From NCBI GenBank assembly GCA_964016885.1, contig OZ024743.1, positions 370,512,001 to 370,576,000 on the forward strand: a stretch of DNA of 64,000 nt, given 5' to 3'. The notes beneath the pieces are model-generated. The model was given only the letters and a program-made list of their open reading frames with translations, was not told the origin of the DNA and did no database searches. A program made the position numbers and the translations under genes. This document shows positions 1-14,400 of the stretch, piece after piece. Origin of the DNA: Eledone cirrhosa (taxonomy: Eukaryota). Position 1 is the first letter of the stretch. Each line of letters begins with the position of its first letter.

Positions 1-166
1 AAAATGATAATTTTACGATTAAGTGTGATTATTTAAATTGAAATGACTTTCTTTTATATTTCAGCTAATTTATGTGGATTTTTCCATTTGTTTACAAATA
101 ATAAAACTAAAATTAGCTAAAAGATAAAATGAACCATTTTTATTAAACTATAATAATTAAAAACAT

Positions 167-358
167 ATAAGCACAAGGGCACACAGTTTGAGTGATGGTC
201 ACATTCAATTATATGAACTTCAGGACTTAAATGATAATTATTTTATTTAATACTGAAGGATGAAAGGTAAAGCCAGCCTCAGAAGAATTTGAACACAAAA
301 TGTAAAGTCAATACTTTAAAACATTTTCACCAGCATTCTTGATTCTCTCCATTTACCA
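167..358 (-). mobile_element. Old, diverged tRNA-derived SINE (same family as the copy at 19386)
   Basis: gaaggatgaaaggtaaagccagcctcagaagaatttgaac is the reverse complement of the family core GTTCAAATCCCGCCGAGGTTGACTTTGCCTTTCATCCTT. Confidence 0.65.
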
Positions 359-1701
359 AAATATGAGTAAAATCTCCAAGAACCAATTCTGGCCAATGAG
401 TCATAATGTTTCTTTAGTTCTATGAAAGTTGCCATTAAACTACCAATATGATAAATTCTTATTACTAATGTGAAAGCTATTAGTCAAATTTTCACATACT
501 TTCTGATAACTAAAATCGTGAATAGCTATTATTTGGTATATTTTTTTTAAGTATTCCTTCAAATAGACACTTGTGTATTGTCATCTAGTTTTGATAAAGA
601 AATTTGTCTACTTTTGAAATCATTAGAATGATACTGTTAAGAACTCATTGATGGTGTTCAGATAATGACATAGGTCACAAATAAAGAAGGATTAAAGTAG
701 ACAGGAGCAAATAAATGGTGGCAGAATATTAATATTGACTTGTTCCTTATTTCATCATAGGTTTGATTGATCAGGTCATTCTGATCAAGCAAATCTATGA
801 TCAAAGATATTCTAGTTGTAACCATTTTATTTTTTTTTTTTAATGTGTCTTTTTTAATACAGTAAAATGAGATATGATGGAGATTTTGCTGTTATTTCTA
901 GAAAGTCTGGCAACCACATAAAGTCGCTTCTCTCTCTCTCTCTTTCATTGGCTGATGAATATAGAAGAAGCATATACATTAACATCTCTACATTACACAA
1001 TCTGTTTATTTCCTTCAGATGATTCTTCTTAAAAATTATAGATATATTGATATCCCTTGATGTAGAAATTAAAGATACCTTTATATCAACATAAGATAAT
1101 GGGGTGGGGATTTTTGTCTGATGGCCAACACTTCTGATAATCTGGTTAGTGCCTAAGTTGGTCTTTATTCTGTGATAAAATTTGAAATCTCTATGCAGTT
1201 ACTATAAAGTTTTCTCTCTATGAATAAATATCTGTTTGTTTTGATATGAGAAAACATATTCATCGAAACTAACTCTATATTGCTTTTCTTTTATATAAAT
1301 TACATTCAAATTCCAAAATAGCATTTTAATAATAGATAAATCATCCTACTAATGAATTTGTCATCTATATGACTAGTTGACAGCTTGATACTGAGATCAG
1401 TAACTTTGATTCTTTTTCCACTGAAATATTATTATATATTCATTTAATCAATTTAAAAGTCCGTATAGAGCTAGTCAGCCATGACTGGCTAGAAGAAATA
1501 TCTATAAATTCTTAAAGTTAAGAAACAAAAAAGAAGATAGGCAGATATAATTGAATACAAAAATAAAAATAAGAATAAAAATTAAAATTAAATTAAATTA
1601 AATCAAATTAAAAAATATTAAGAATATTATCATTGTTGTTTCTAATAATGTCTTGCCATTATTTGATCTTTTACTGATCTTAACATATTTTATTATTTCA
1701 G

Positions 1702-1839
1702 CAAAATTCTTCAGTTGTGATTTTGAAGATAAAAATATGTGTGGTTCTAAAAGTCACCCCAAAAGAGATTCTTGGTCTATAGGTGCTGGAATTTTTAATA
1801 AAAGACCAAAACTTGATTACTCAGAACAAACATATGAAG
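1702..1839 (+). CDS. Exon A of MAM/LDLa/SRCR mosaic protein gene: N-terminal part of a MAM domain
   Basis: Acceptor ttattatttcag, donor AG|gtgaat; 138 nt, phase 1-1. Encodes KFFSCDFEDKNMCGSKSHPKRDSWSIGAGIFNKRPKLDYSEQTYE(G), matching the MAM start CDFE..C...W....P..D...G. Continues in frame into exon B. Confidence 0.88.
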
Positions 1840-2439
1840 GTGAATTATCATTTAGAATTTAATTCCTTGTTTTAATGTTGCTGTTTCTATGATAGTAAAT
1901 GTTGATCATGACATACACAAATTTTCCTTGCATATCAATAGTACTTCATTTTGATTATAACTGTTTTCAGTACTAATTAAGTACTTCTTCATACAAGAAT
2001 ATGTCCACCGTGTATTCACTCTCATTATTATGGGCACTTTGTGAATTCACTTATTATGTGTGTACTTAATGGAAAATACTAAAATAATAACCATTTAAAT
2101 TCATCTTACATAAGTTATTTTCATTCTATAAGAAAAACCTTTCTGACCAACAAAAGTATCAATTATATTGTGTGAATTCTATTTTAGAGTAAATACACTG
2201 TACCCCTGAATATGGTGACTAAAAAGATTGGCATCTAGAAATTTGTTCAATGAAACGCTGCTGCAAAAAGGGTCTCATAATGTATGGGTGGGACAGCCTA
2301 ATGTATTACATGGAAGTAATCACTTATTACATTAAAGCTGAAGGTGGGGAACCAAGTTGACACAATGGAAGAATTCAGTTTATTTGTGATGGCCATATAA
2401 CAGGTGTCTCTTGTGGAAGTTTCGGATATAAAACGTAGG

Positions 2440-5400
2440 AACGATAACAGGGCGATCCGGGATTTTAGAGCAATAAAAGGAAATGAAGGAATGGATAGGA
2501 TGGATAAGAGAGGGACCAGATAAAAGAGGAAAATGGGGAAATATACAGAAAATAACAAGGAGATGAGGGAATGTAAATAAATTAAGAGGGTGGTGAGGGA
2601 ATGAGGGATGATAACAGGTAATTGGGGGAATGTATGGTTGATAACAAGGAGATGGGGTAATGTAGATATGATAACAGGGAGATCAGGGAATGTAGAGATG
2701 ATAAGAGGGATATGGGGGAATGTAGGGTTGATAACAGGGAATTGGGGGAATGTAAAGATGATAACAGGGAGATCGGGTAATGTAGATATGATAACATGGA
2801 GATGGGGGAATGTAAAGATGATGACAGAGAATTGGGGGAATGTAAAGTTGATAACAGGGAGATGGGGGAATGTAGGCTTGATAACAGGGAGATGGGGGAA
2901 TGTAGAGATGAGAAGAGGAAGTTGGGGGAATATAGAGATGATAACAAGGAGATGGGGGAATGTAGAGATGATAAGAGGGAGATGGGGGAATGTAGAGATG
3001 ATCACAGGGAGACGGGGGAATGTAGAGATGATAAAAAACACATGGGGGAATGTAGAGATAACAAGGAGATGCGGGAATGTAGAGATGATAAGAGGGAGAT
3101 GGGGGAATGTAGATATGATAACAGGGAGATGGGGTGAATGTAGGGATGATAAAAAACACATGGGGGAATGTAGAGATAACAAGGAGATGCGGGAATGTAG
3201 AGATGATAAGAGGGAGATGGAGGAATGTAGATATGATAACAGGGAGATGGGGTGAATGTAGGGATGATAAAAAACACATGGGGGAATGTAGAGATAACAA
3301 GGAGATGCAGGAATGTAGAGATGATAAGAGGGAGATGGAGGAATGTAGATATGATAACAGGGAGATGGGGTGAATGTAGGGATGATAACAAGGAGATGGG
3401 GGAAAGTAGGGTTGATAACAAGGAGATGGAGGAATGTAGAGATGATAAAAGGCAGATGGGGGAACGTAGGAATGATAAGAGGAAACTGTGGGGGGATGTC
3501 GGGATGATAACAGGGAGATGGAGGAATGTAGAGATGATAACAGGGAATTGCGTGAATGTAGATATGATAACAGGGACATGGGGGAATGTAGGGATGATAA
3601 CAGGGAGATGGGGGAATATAGGGATGATAACAGAGAGACGGCAATGTAGGGATGATAACAGGGAGATGGGGAACTGTAGAGATAATTACAGGGAGATGGG
3701 GGAGTATAGGGATGATAACAGGGAGATGGTGGAAATATAGGGTTGATAACAGGAGATGGGGGACTGTAGAGATGATAACAGGGAAATGGGTGAATATAGG
3801 GATGATAAAAGGGAGAAGGGAGAATGTAGAGTTGATAAGAGGAAGATGGGGAATGTAGAGATGATAACAGGGAGACGGGGGAATGTAGGTTTGATAACAG
3901 GGTTATGATGGAATGAAGAGATGATAACAGGGAATTGGGGAATGTAGAGATGATAACAGGGATATGCAGAATGTAGAGATGATAACAGGGAGATGGGGGA
4001 CTGTACTGACAATATCAGGGAGATGGGGGAATGTAGGGATGATAATAGCGAGATAGGGAATGTAGAAAAACATAACAGGGATATCAAGGAATGTAGCGTT
4101 CATAAGAGGAAGATCAGGGAATGTAGGGTTGATAAAAGGGAGATGGGGGAATGTAGAGATGATAACAGGGAGATGGGGGGATGTAGAGATGATAACAGGG
4201 AGATGGGGGGATGTAGAGATGATAAAAGGGAGATGGGGGAATGTAGGGCTGATAACAACGACATGAGGCAATGCAGCGATGATAACAGGGAGATGGGGGA
4301 ATGTAGAGATGATAATAGGGAGATGGGGGAATGTAGATATGATAACAGGGAGATGGGGAGAATGTAGGGATGATAACAGGGAATTGGGGAATGTATGAAT
4401 GATAACAGGGAGATGGGGGAATGTAGAAATGATAACAAGGAGGTCAGGGCATATAGAGATGATAATAGGGATATGGGGAATGTAGAGATAATAACGGAGA
4501 GATGGGGGATTGTAACAAGGAGATGGGGGAATGTAGAGATGATAAGAGGGAGATGGGGGAATGTAGAGATGATAACAGGGATATGGGGGAATGTAGAGAT
4601 GATAACAAAGACATGGGGAATGTAGAGATAACAAGGAGATGCGGGAATGTAAAGATGAGAAGAGGGAGATGGAGGAATGTAGGGATGATAACAAGGAGAT
4701 GGGGAAATGCAGTGAAGATAACAGGGAGATGGGGGAATGTAGATATGATAACAAGGAGATGGGGTGAATGTAGGGTTGATAACAACGAGATGGGGGAATG
4801 TAGGGTTGATAACAAGAATATGGGTGTATGTAGAGATGATAACAGGGAGATGGGGGAATGTAGGGTTGGTAACAACGAGATGGGGGAATGTAGGAATGAT
4901 AACAGGGAATTGGGGGATGTAGGGATGATAACAGGGATATGGAGGAATGTAGAGATGATAACAGGGAATTTCGTGAATGTAGGTATGATAACAGGGATAT
5001 TGGGGAATGTAGGGATGATAAGAGGGAGATGGGGAACTGTAGAGATAATAACAGGCAGATGGCGGAATATTGGGAGGATAATAGGGAGATGGGAGAAATA
5101 TAGGGTTGATAAAAGGGGGAAAAACTGTAGAGGTGATAACAGGGAAATGGGTGAATATAGGGATGATAAAAGGGAGATGGGGAAATGTAGAGTTGATAAC
5201 AGGGTTATAGGGGAATGTAGGGTTGGTAACAGGGAATTGGAGGAATGTAGGGTTGATAACAGGGAGATGGGGGAATATAGAGATGAGAAGGGGGAGTTGG
5301 GGAAATATAGAGATGATAACAAGGAGATGGGGGGAATGTAGAGATGATAACGGGGAGATGGGGAAATTTAGAGATGATAACAAGGAGATGGAGGAATGTA

Positions 5401-8400
5401 GAGATGATAACAAAGACATGGGGGAATGTAGAGATAACAAGGAGATGGGGGAATGTAGAGATGATAACAAGGAGATGGGGGAATGTAGAGATGATAACAG
5501 GGAGATGGGGGAATGTAGGGTGATAACAGGGAATTTGGGGGAATGTAGGGATGATAACAGGGAGATCGGGTAATGTAGAGATGATAACAGGGAGATCAGG
5601 GAATGTAGAGATGATAACAAGGAATTGGGGGAATTCGGGGAATTGGGGGAATTCAGATGATAACAGAGAGATGGGGGACTGTAGAGATGATAACTGGGAG
5701 ATGGGGGAATGTAGGTTTGATAACAGCGTTATGATGGAATGAAGAGATGATAACGGGTAATTGGGGGAATGTAGGGGTGGTAACTGGCAGATCAGGGCAT
5801 GTAGAAATGATAACAGGGATATGGAGAATGTAGAGATGATAACAGGGAGATGGGGGACTGTACTGACAATATCAGGGAGATGTGGGAATGTAGGGATGAT
5901 AATAGCGAGATAGGGAATGTAGAAAAACATAACAGGGATATCAAGGAATATAGCGTTCATAAGAGGAAGATCAAGGAATGTAGGGTTGATAACAGGGAGA
6001 TCAGGGAATTTAGGTTTGATAAAAGGGAGATGGGGGAATATAGAGTTGATAACAGGGAGATGCGGGAATGTAGAGATGATAACAGGGAGATGGGGAAATG
6101 TAGGGTGATAACAGGTAGATGGGGGAATGTAGGGTTGAGAACAGGGAGATGGGGGAATATAGAGATGATAACAAGGAGATGGAGGGAATGTAGAGATGAT
6201 AACGGGGAGATTGAGTAATATAGAGATGATAACAGGGAGACGGCGGAATCTAAAGGTGATAACAGGGGATGGGGTAATGTAAAGGTGATAACAATGACAT
6301 GGGGGAATGTTGGGATGATAACAGGGAGATGGAGCAATGTAGAGATTATAACAAGGAGATGGGGGAATGTAGGGTTGATAAGAGGGAAATGGGGGATTGT
6401 AGAGATAGCAGGGAGATGGGGGAATACAGGTATGATAAAGGGAGATGGGGGAATGTAGGGAAGATAACAGCGAGATGGAGGAATGTAGGGTGTATAACAG
6501 GGTGATGTATGAATGTAAAGATGATAAAAGGGAGATTGGGGAATATAGAGATGATAACAGTGAGATGGGGGAATGTAGGGATGATAACAGTGAGATGGCG
6601 GAATGTAGGGTTGATAACAGGAAAATGGGGGAATGTAGGGATGATAACAGAGAGATGGCGGAATGTGGAGATAATAACAGGGAGATGGGGGAATGTAGAG
6701 ATGATAACAGGGAGATGGGGGAACGTAGGGATGATAACAGGGTGATTGAGGAATGTAGAGATGATAACAGGGAGATGGGAGAATGTAGAGATGATAACAG
6801 GGAGATGGGGGAATGGAAGGATGATAACAGGGAGATGGGGGAATGTAGAGTTGATAACAGGGAATTGGGGGAATGTTGGAATGATAACAGGAAGATGGAG
6901 CAATGTAGATATTATAACAAGGAGATGGGGGAATATAGGGTTGATAACAGGAAGATGGGGGATTGTAGAGATAGCAGGGAGATGGGGGAATACAGGTATG
7001 ATAAAGAGAGATAGGGGAAATGTAGGGATGATAACAGGGAGATGGGGTAAAGTAAGATGTATAACAGGGTGGGAGGAATGTAGAGATGATAACAGGGAGA
7101 TGGGGGAATGTAGAGATGATAACAGGAAGATGGGGGAATGTCGGGATGATGACAGGGAGATGGTGGATTATAGGTATGATAACAGGGAGATGGGTGAATG
7201 TAGGGTTGATAATAGGGAGAGGGGGAAATGTAGACATGATAACAGGGAGATTGTTGAATATAGGGATGATAACAGGGACATGGGAGAATATAGGGATGAT
7301 AACAGGGAGATGGAGGAATGTACAGATAGATGATAACAGGTAGATGGGGTAATATAGTGATGATAACAAGGAGATTGGGGGAATGTAGAGATGATAACAG
7401 GGAGATGGTGGAATGTAGAGATGATAACAGGGAGATGAGGGAAATATAAAAATGGTAACAGGGATATGAGGAATGGAGGGATGATAACAGGGAGATGGGG
7501 GACTGTAGAGATAATAACAGGGAGATGGGGGAATGTAGGGCTGATAATAAGGAGATGGGGTAATTAGAAAAGCATAACAGGGATATCAGGGAATGTAGTT
7601 TTCATAACAGGAAGATCAGGAAATGTAGGGTTGATAACAGGGAGATTAGGTAATGTAGGGTTGATACCAGCGAGATGGGGGAATGTAGGGATAATAACAG
7701 GGAGATGGAATAATTTAGGGATCATAACAGGGAGATGGGAGAATGTAGGGATCATAACAGGGAGATGGAAGAATGTAGGGTTCATAACAGGGAGATGGGG
7801 GAATATAGTGAATATAACAGGGAGATTGAGGAATGTAGAAATGATAACAGGGAGATGGGGGAATGTAAAGATGATAACAGTGATATGGGGAATGTATGGA
7901 TGATAACAGGGAGATGGGGGAATGTAGGGTTCAAAATAAGGAGATGGGGGAAAGTAGAAAAACATAACAGGGATATCAGGGAATGTAGGCTTGATAACAG
8001 GGAGATTAGGGATTGTAGGGTTGATAACAGGGAGATGGGGAATGTAGGGATGATAACAGGGAGATGGGGGAATGTAGGGTTGATAACAGTGTGATGGGGG
8101 AATATAGAGATGATAAGTGGGAATTGAGGGAATGTAGGTGTGATAACAGGGAGATGAGTGAATGTAGAAATGATAACAGGGATATGGGGAATGTAGAGAT
8201 GATACCAGCGAGATGGGGGACTATAGAATTAATTACAGGAAGATGGGGGAATGTAGGGATGATAACAGGGAGATGGGGGAATGTATAAAATCATAACAGG
8301 AAGATTAGGGAAGGTAGGGTTGTTAACAGGGAGATCAGTTAATGTAGGGTTGATAATATGGAGGTGGGGGAAAGTAGAAAAACATAACAGGGTTATCAGG

Positions 8401-11400
8401 GAATGTAGGTTCCATACTAGGAAGATCAGGTAATGTAGGGTTGATAGCAGGGAGATTAGGGAATGTAGGGTTGATAACAGGGAGATGGGGAATGGAGGGA
8501 TGATAACAGTGAATGGTTGAATATAGGAATGATAGCAGGGAGATGGGAGAATGTAGGGATGATAACAGTGAGACGGATCAATGTAGAGATGATAACAGGG
8601 AGATGGGGTAATGTAGACATAATACCAGGGAGGTGGGGGAATGTAGAGACGATAACAGGGACATGGGGGAATGTAGAGATGAGATGATAACAGGGTCATG
8701 GGGGAATATAGAGATAATAAGAGAGAGATGGGGCTATGTAGGGAATGTAGAGATGATAACAGGGAGATGGAGGAATGTAGAGATTATAACAGGGAGATGG
8801 GGTAATGTAGTGATGATAACAGGGAGATGGGGGAATGTAGAGATGATAACAGGGAGGTGGGGGAATCTAGAGACGATAACAGGGACATGGGGGAATTTAG
8901 AGATGATAACAGGGAGATGGAAGAATGTAAAGATGATAACAGAGCCATGGGTGAATGTAGAGATGATAAAAGGGACATGGGGGAATGTAGAGGTAATACC
9001 ATGGAGATGGGGGAATGTAGGGATGATAACAGGGAGATTGAGGAATGTAGAAATGATAACAGGGAGATGCGGGAATATAGCGATGATAACAGGGAGATGG
9101 GGGAATGTAGGGTTCAAAATAAGGAGATGGGGGAATGTAGAAAAACATAACAGGGATATCTGGGAATGTAGTGTTAATAAAAGGAAGATCAGGGAATGTA
9201 GGGTTGATAACAGGGAGATTAGGGAATGTAGGGCTGATAACAGGGAGATGGGCGTATGTAGGGATGATAACAGTGAGATGGAGGAATATAGGGTTGATAA
9301 CAGGAAGATGGGGTATGTAGAGATGATAACAAGGAGATTCAGGAATGTAGGGTTGATAACAGGGAGATGTGGAATGGAGGGATGTTAACAGGGAGATGGA
9401 GGAATGTAGTGATGATAACAGGGAGATTGTTGAATATAGAGATGATAACACGGTGATTGGGACTGTAGAGATGATAACAGGGAGATGGCGGAATGTAAAG
9501 ATGATAACAGGGAGATGGAGGAATGTAGGGTTGATAACAGTGTGATGGGGACTGTAGAGATAATTACAGGGAGATGGGGGAATGTAGGCATGATAATAGG
9601 GAGATGGGGGAATGTAGAAATTCATAACAGGGATATCAAGGAATGTAAGGTTGATGACAGGGAGACAGGGGAATGAAGGGATGAAAACAGGGAGATGGGT
9701 GAATATCCGGTTGATAACTAGGAGATGGTGGTGTGTAGAGTTAATAATAGGGAGATGCGGGAATGTAGAGAGTATATCAGGGAAAGAACAGATGTTAACA
9801 GGGAGATTGAGGAATGTAGAGATGTTAACATGGAGATAGAGGAATATAGTGTTGATAAGAGGGAGATGGGGTATGTAGGGAGTATAATAGGGAGATGGGG
9901 GAATGTATACTTGATAACAGGGAGATGGGGGAATGTACAGATAGATGATCACAGAGAAATGGGGTAATATAGTGATGATAACAAGGAGATGGGGGAATGT
10001 AGAGATGATAACAGGGAGATGGGGGAATGTAGAGATGATAACAGGGAGATGGGGGAATGTAGAGATGATAACAAGGAGATGGGGGAATGTAGAGATGATA
10101 ACAGGGAGATGGGGGAATGTAGAGATGATAACAGGGAGATGGGGGAATGTAGTGTTGATAACAGGGAGATTAGGTAATGTAGGGTTGATAGCAGCGAGAT
10201 GGGGATATGTAGGGATAATAACAGGGAGATGGAAGAATGTAGGGATCATAACAGGGAGATGGAGGAATGTAGGGATCATAACAGGGAGATGGGGGAATGT
10301 ATAGTTGATAACAGGGAGATGGGGGAATGTAAAGATGAATACAGGGATATGGGGGAATGTATAGTTGATAACAGGGAGATGGGGGAATGTAAAGATGAAT
10401 ACAGGGATATGGGGGAATGTATAGTTGATAACAGGGAGATGGGAGAATGTGAGGTTCAAAATAAGGAGATGGGGCAAAGTAGAAAAACATAACAGGGATA
10501 TCAGTGAATGTAGGGTTGATAACAGGGAGATTAGGGATTGTAGGGTTTATAACTGGAAGATGGGGAATGGAGGGATGATAACAGGGAAATGGAGGTATGT
10601 AAAGATGATAACAGGGAGATTGTAGAATATAGATATGATAACAGGGTGATGGGGACTCTAGAGATGATAACAGGGAGATGGCGGAATGTAGGGATGATAA
10701 CAGGGAGATGGGGGAATGTAGGGTTGATAACAGTGTGATGGGGGAATGTAGAGATGATAAGTGGGAATTGAGGGAATGTAGGTGTGATAACAGGGAGATG
10801 AGTGAATGTAGAAATGATAACAGGGACATGGGAAATGTAGAGATGATACCAGCGAGATGGGGAACTGTAGAATTAATTACAGGGAGATGGGGGTATGTAG
10901 GGATGATAACAGGGAGATGGAGGAATGTAGAAAATCATAACAGGAAGATCAGGGAAGGTAGGGTTGTTAACAGGGAGATCAGGTAATGTAGGGTTGATAA
11001 CAGGGAGATGGGGGAATGAAGGGCTGGTTGAATATAGGGGTGATAATAGGGAGATGGGAGAATGTAGAGATGATTACAGGGAGATGGAGGAATGTACAGA
11101 TGATAACAGGGAGATGGGGTAATGTAGTGATGATAACAGGGAGATTAAGGAATGTAGAGATGATAAAAGGGAGATGGGGGAATATAGAGACGATAACAGG
11201 GACATGGAGGAATTTAGAGATGCTAATAGGGAGATGGAGGAATGTAAAGATAATAACAGGGACATGGGAGAATGTAGAGATAACAACAAGGAGATGGTGG
11301 AATATAGGGATGATAACAGGGAGATTGAGGAATGTACAGATGATAACAGGGGGATGGGAGAAGGTAGATCTGACAACAGGGAGATGGGGGAATATAGGGT

Positions 11401-14400
11401 CGATAACAGGGAGATGGGGAATGAAGGGATGATAACAGGGAGACGGATCAATGTAGAGATGATAAAAGGTAGATGGGGTAATGTAGTGATGGGGTAATGT
11501 AGACATGATACCAGGGATGTGGGGAATATAGAGACGATAACAGGGACATGGGGGAATGTAGAGATGAGATGATAACAGGGTCATGGAGGAATATAGAGAT
11601 AATAAGAGGGAGATGGGTGAAAGTAGAGATGATAACAGGGATATGGGGGAATATACAGATTATAACAGGGAGAGGGGGGAAGTAGGGATGATAACAAGGA
11701 GATGGGGGAATGTTCAGATAACAGGGAGATGGGGGAATATAGCGATGATAACAGGAAGATGGAGGAATATAGGGATGATAACAGGAAGATGGGGGAATGT
11801 ACAGATGATAACAGGGAGATGGTGTAATCTAGGGATGATAACAGGGAGATTAAGGAATGTAGAGTTGATAACAGTGAGATGGAGGAATGTAAAGATAATA
11901 ACAGGGATATGGGTGAATGTAGTGCTGATAACAGGGAGATGGGGGAATGTAGGGATGATAACAGGGAGATTGAAGAATGTAGAGATGATAATAGGTAGAA
12001 GGTGGAATGTAAAGATGATAACAGGGATATGGGTGAATGTAGTGCTGATAACAGGGAGATGGGGGAATGTAGGGATGATAACAGGGAGATTGAAGAATGT
12101 AGAGATGATAATAGGTAGAAGGGGGAATGTAAAGATGATAACAGGGATATGGGCCATGGAGTGATGATAACAGGGAGATGGAGGACTGTAGAGATAATAA
12201 CAGGGTGATGGGGGAATGTAGGGTTGATAATAAGGAAATGGGAGAAAGTAGAAAAACATAACAGGGATATCAGGGAATGTAGTGTTCATAACAGGAGTAT
12301 CAGGGAATGTAGGGTTGATAACAGGGAGATCAGGGAATGTAGGGTTGATAACAGGGAGATCAGGGAATGTAGAAATGATAACAGGGAGATGGTTGAATAT
12401 AGGGATGATTCGAAGCAGATGGGAGAATGTAGGGATGATAACAGGGAGATGGAGGGATGTAGAGATTATAACAGGGAGATGGGGTAATGTAGTGATGATA
12501 ACAGGGAGATGGGGGAATGTAGAGATGATAACAGGGAGGTGGAGAAATCTAGAGACGATAACAGGGTCATGGGGGAATTTAGAGATGATAACAGGGAGAT
12601 GGAGGAATGTAGAGGTAATACCAGGGAGATGGAGGAATGTAGGGTTGATAACAGTGTGATGAGGGAATGTAGAAATGATAACAGGGATATGGGGAATGTA
12701 GAGATGATAATAGGGAGATGGGGGAATGTAGAAAATCATAACAGGGATATCAGGGAATGTAGGGTGCATAACAGGAAGATCAAGGTATGTAGGGTTGATA
12801 ACAGGGAGATCAGGGAATATAGGGTTGATGACAGGGGGACGGGGGAATGAAGGGATGAAAACAGGGAGATGGGTGAATATCGGGTTGATAACTGGGAGAT
12901 GGTGGTGTGTAGAATTAATAATAGGGAGATGCGGGAATGTAGAGAGTATATCAGGGAAAGAACAGACGTTAACAGGGAGATTGAGGAATGTAGAGATGTT
13001 AACATGGAGATAGAGGAATATAGTGTTGATAAGAGGGAGATGGGGTATGTAGGGAGTATAATAGGGAGATGGGGGAATGTATACTTGATAACAGGGAGAT
13101 TGAGGTATGTAGGGATGATAACAGGCAGATGGAGGTATGTAGGGATGAAAACAGGGAGATGTGGTAATATAGGGATGATAACGGGCAGATGGGGTATTGT
13201 AGAGATGATTGGAGGGAGTTGGGTGTATGTAGAGATGATAACAGGAAGATGGGGAATGTTGGTTTGACAACAGGGAGATGGGGGAATGTAGATGTGATAA
13301 CAGGGAGATGGCGGAATTTGGAGATGATAACAGGGAGATGGGGGAATGTAGATGTGATAACAGGGAGCTGGGGGCATATAGAGATGATTACAGGGAGATG
13401 GGAGAATGTAGGGATGATAACAGGGAAATGGAGGAATGTAGAGATGATAACAGGGAGATGGGGGAATGTAGGGATGATAACAGGGAGGTGTGGGAATGTA
13501 GGGATGATAATAGAGAGATGGATGTATGTAGTGATGATAACAGGGAGATGGGGGAATATAGGGATGATAACTCTGAGATGTGGGAATGTAGGGATGATAT
13601 CAGGGAGATGATGGAATGTAGGGATGATAACAGGAAGATGGAGAATGTTGGTTTGATAACAGGGAGATGGGGGGAATGTAGGGAGGATAACAGGGAGATG
13701 GAAGAATGTAGAGATGATAACAGTGAGATGGGGGTAATGTAGAGATGGTAACAGGGAGATGGGGGAATGTAGGGTTGATAACAGGGAGATGGAGGAATGT
13801 CGGGTTGATAACAGGGAGATGGGGGTATGTAGAGATAACAGGGAGATGGGGGAATATAGGCATGACAACAGGGAGATGGGGGAAATGTAGGGATGTTAAC
13901 AGGGAGATGGGGGAATGTAGGGATGATAACAATTAGATTAAGGAATGTAGAGGTGATAACAGGCAGGTAGGGGAATGTAGAGACGATAACAGGGACATAG
14001 GGGAATCTAGATATGATAACAGGGAGATGGAGGAATGTAAAGATGATAAGAGGGACATGGGTGAATGTATAGATGATAACAGGGACATGGGCGATGTAGG
14101 GATGATAACAGGGAGATTGAGGAATGTAGAGATGATAACAGGGGGATGGGGGACTCTAGAGATGATAACAAGGAGATAGGGGAATGTGGGAATGATAACA
14201 GAGAGATGGAGGAATGTAGAGATGATAACAGGGAGATGGGGGAATCTAGGGGTGATAACAGGAAGATGAGGGAATGTAGGGTTGATAACAGGGAAATGGG
14301 GGAATATAGAGATAACAGGGAGATGGGGGAATATAGGGATGATAACAGGGAGATGGGGGAATATAGGCTTGATAACAGGGATATGGGGGAAATATAGTGA

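Noticed and set aside
1019-1060. Good-looking acceptor tttccttcag at 1018 as an additional upstream exon
   Set aside because: The phase-1 frame stops after four codons, the frame beginning ATG stops shortly after, and there is no domain signature.
1653-1701. TTG-initiated hydrophobic 'signal peptide' in ORF 1653-1862
   Set aside because: It is the translated polypyrimidine tract of the intron before exon A; there is no ATG start.
2298-2460. Minus-strand peptides at the array edge (PVIVPTFYIRNFHK, SIVSTWFPT..ISDY) faintly resemble Penelope RT motifs, hinting that the satellite was seeded from a retroelement
   Set aside because: The similarity is short, spans different frames and is partly produced by degenerate satellite units; not supportable without a profile search.
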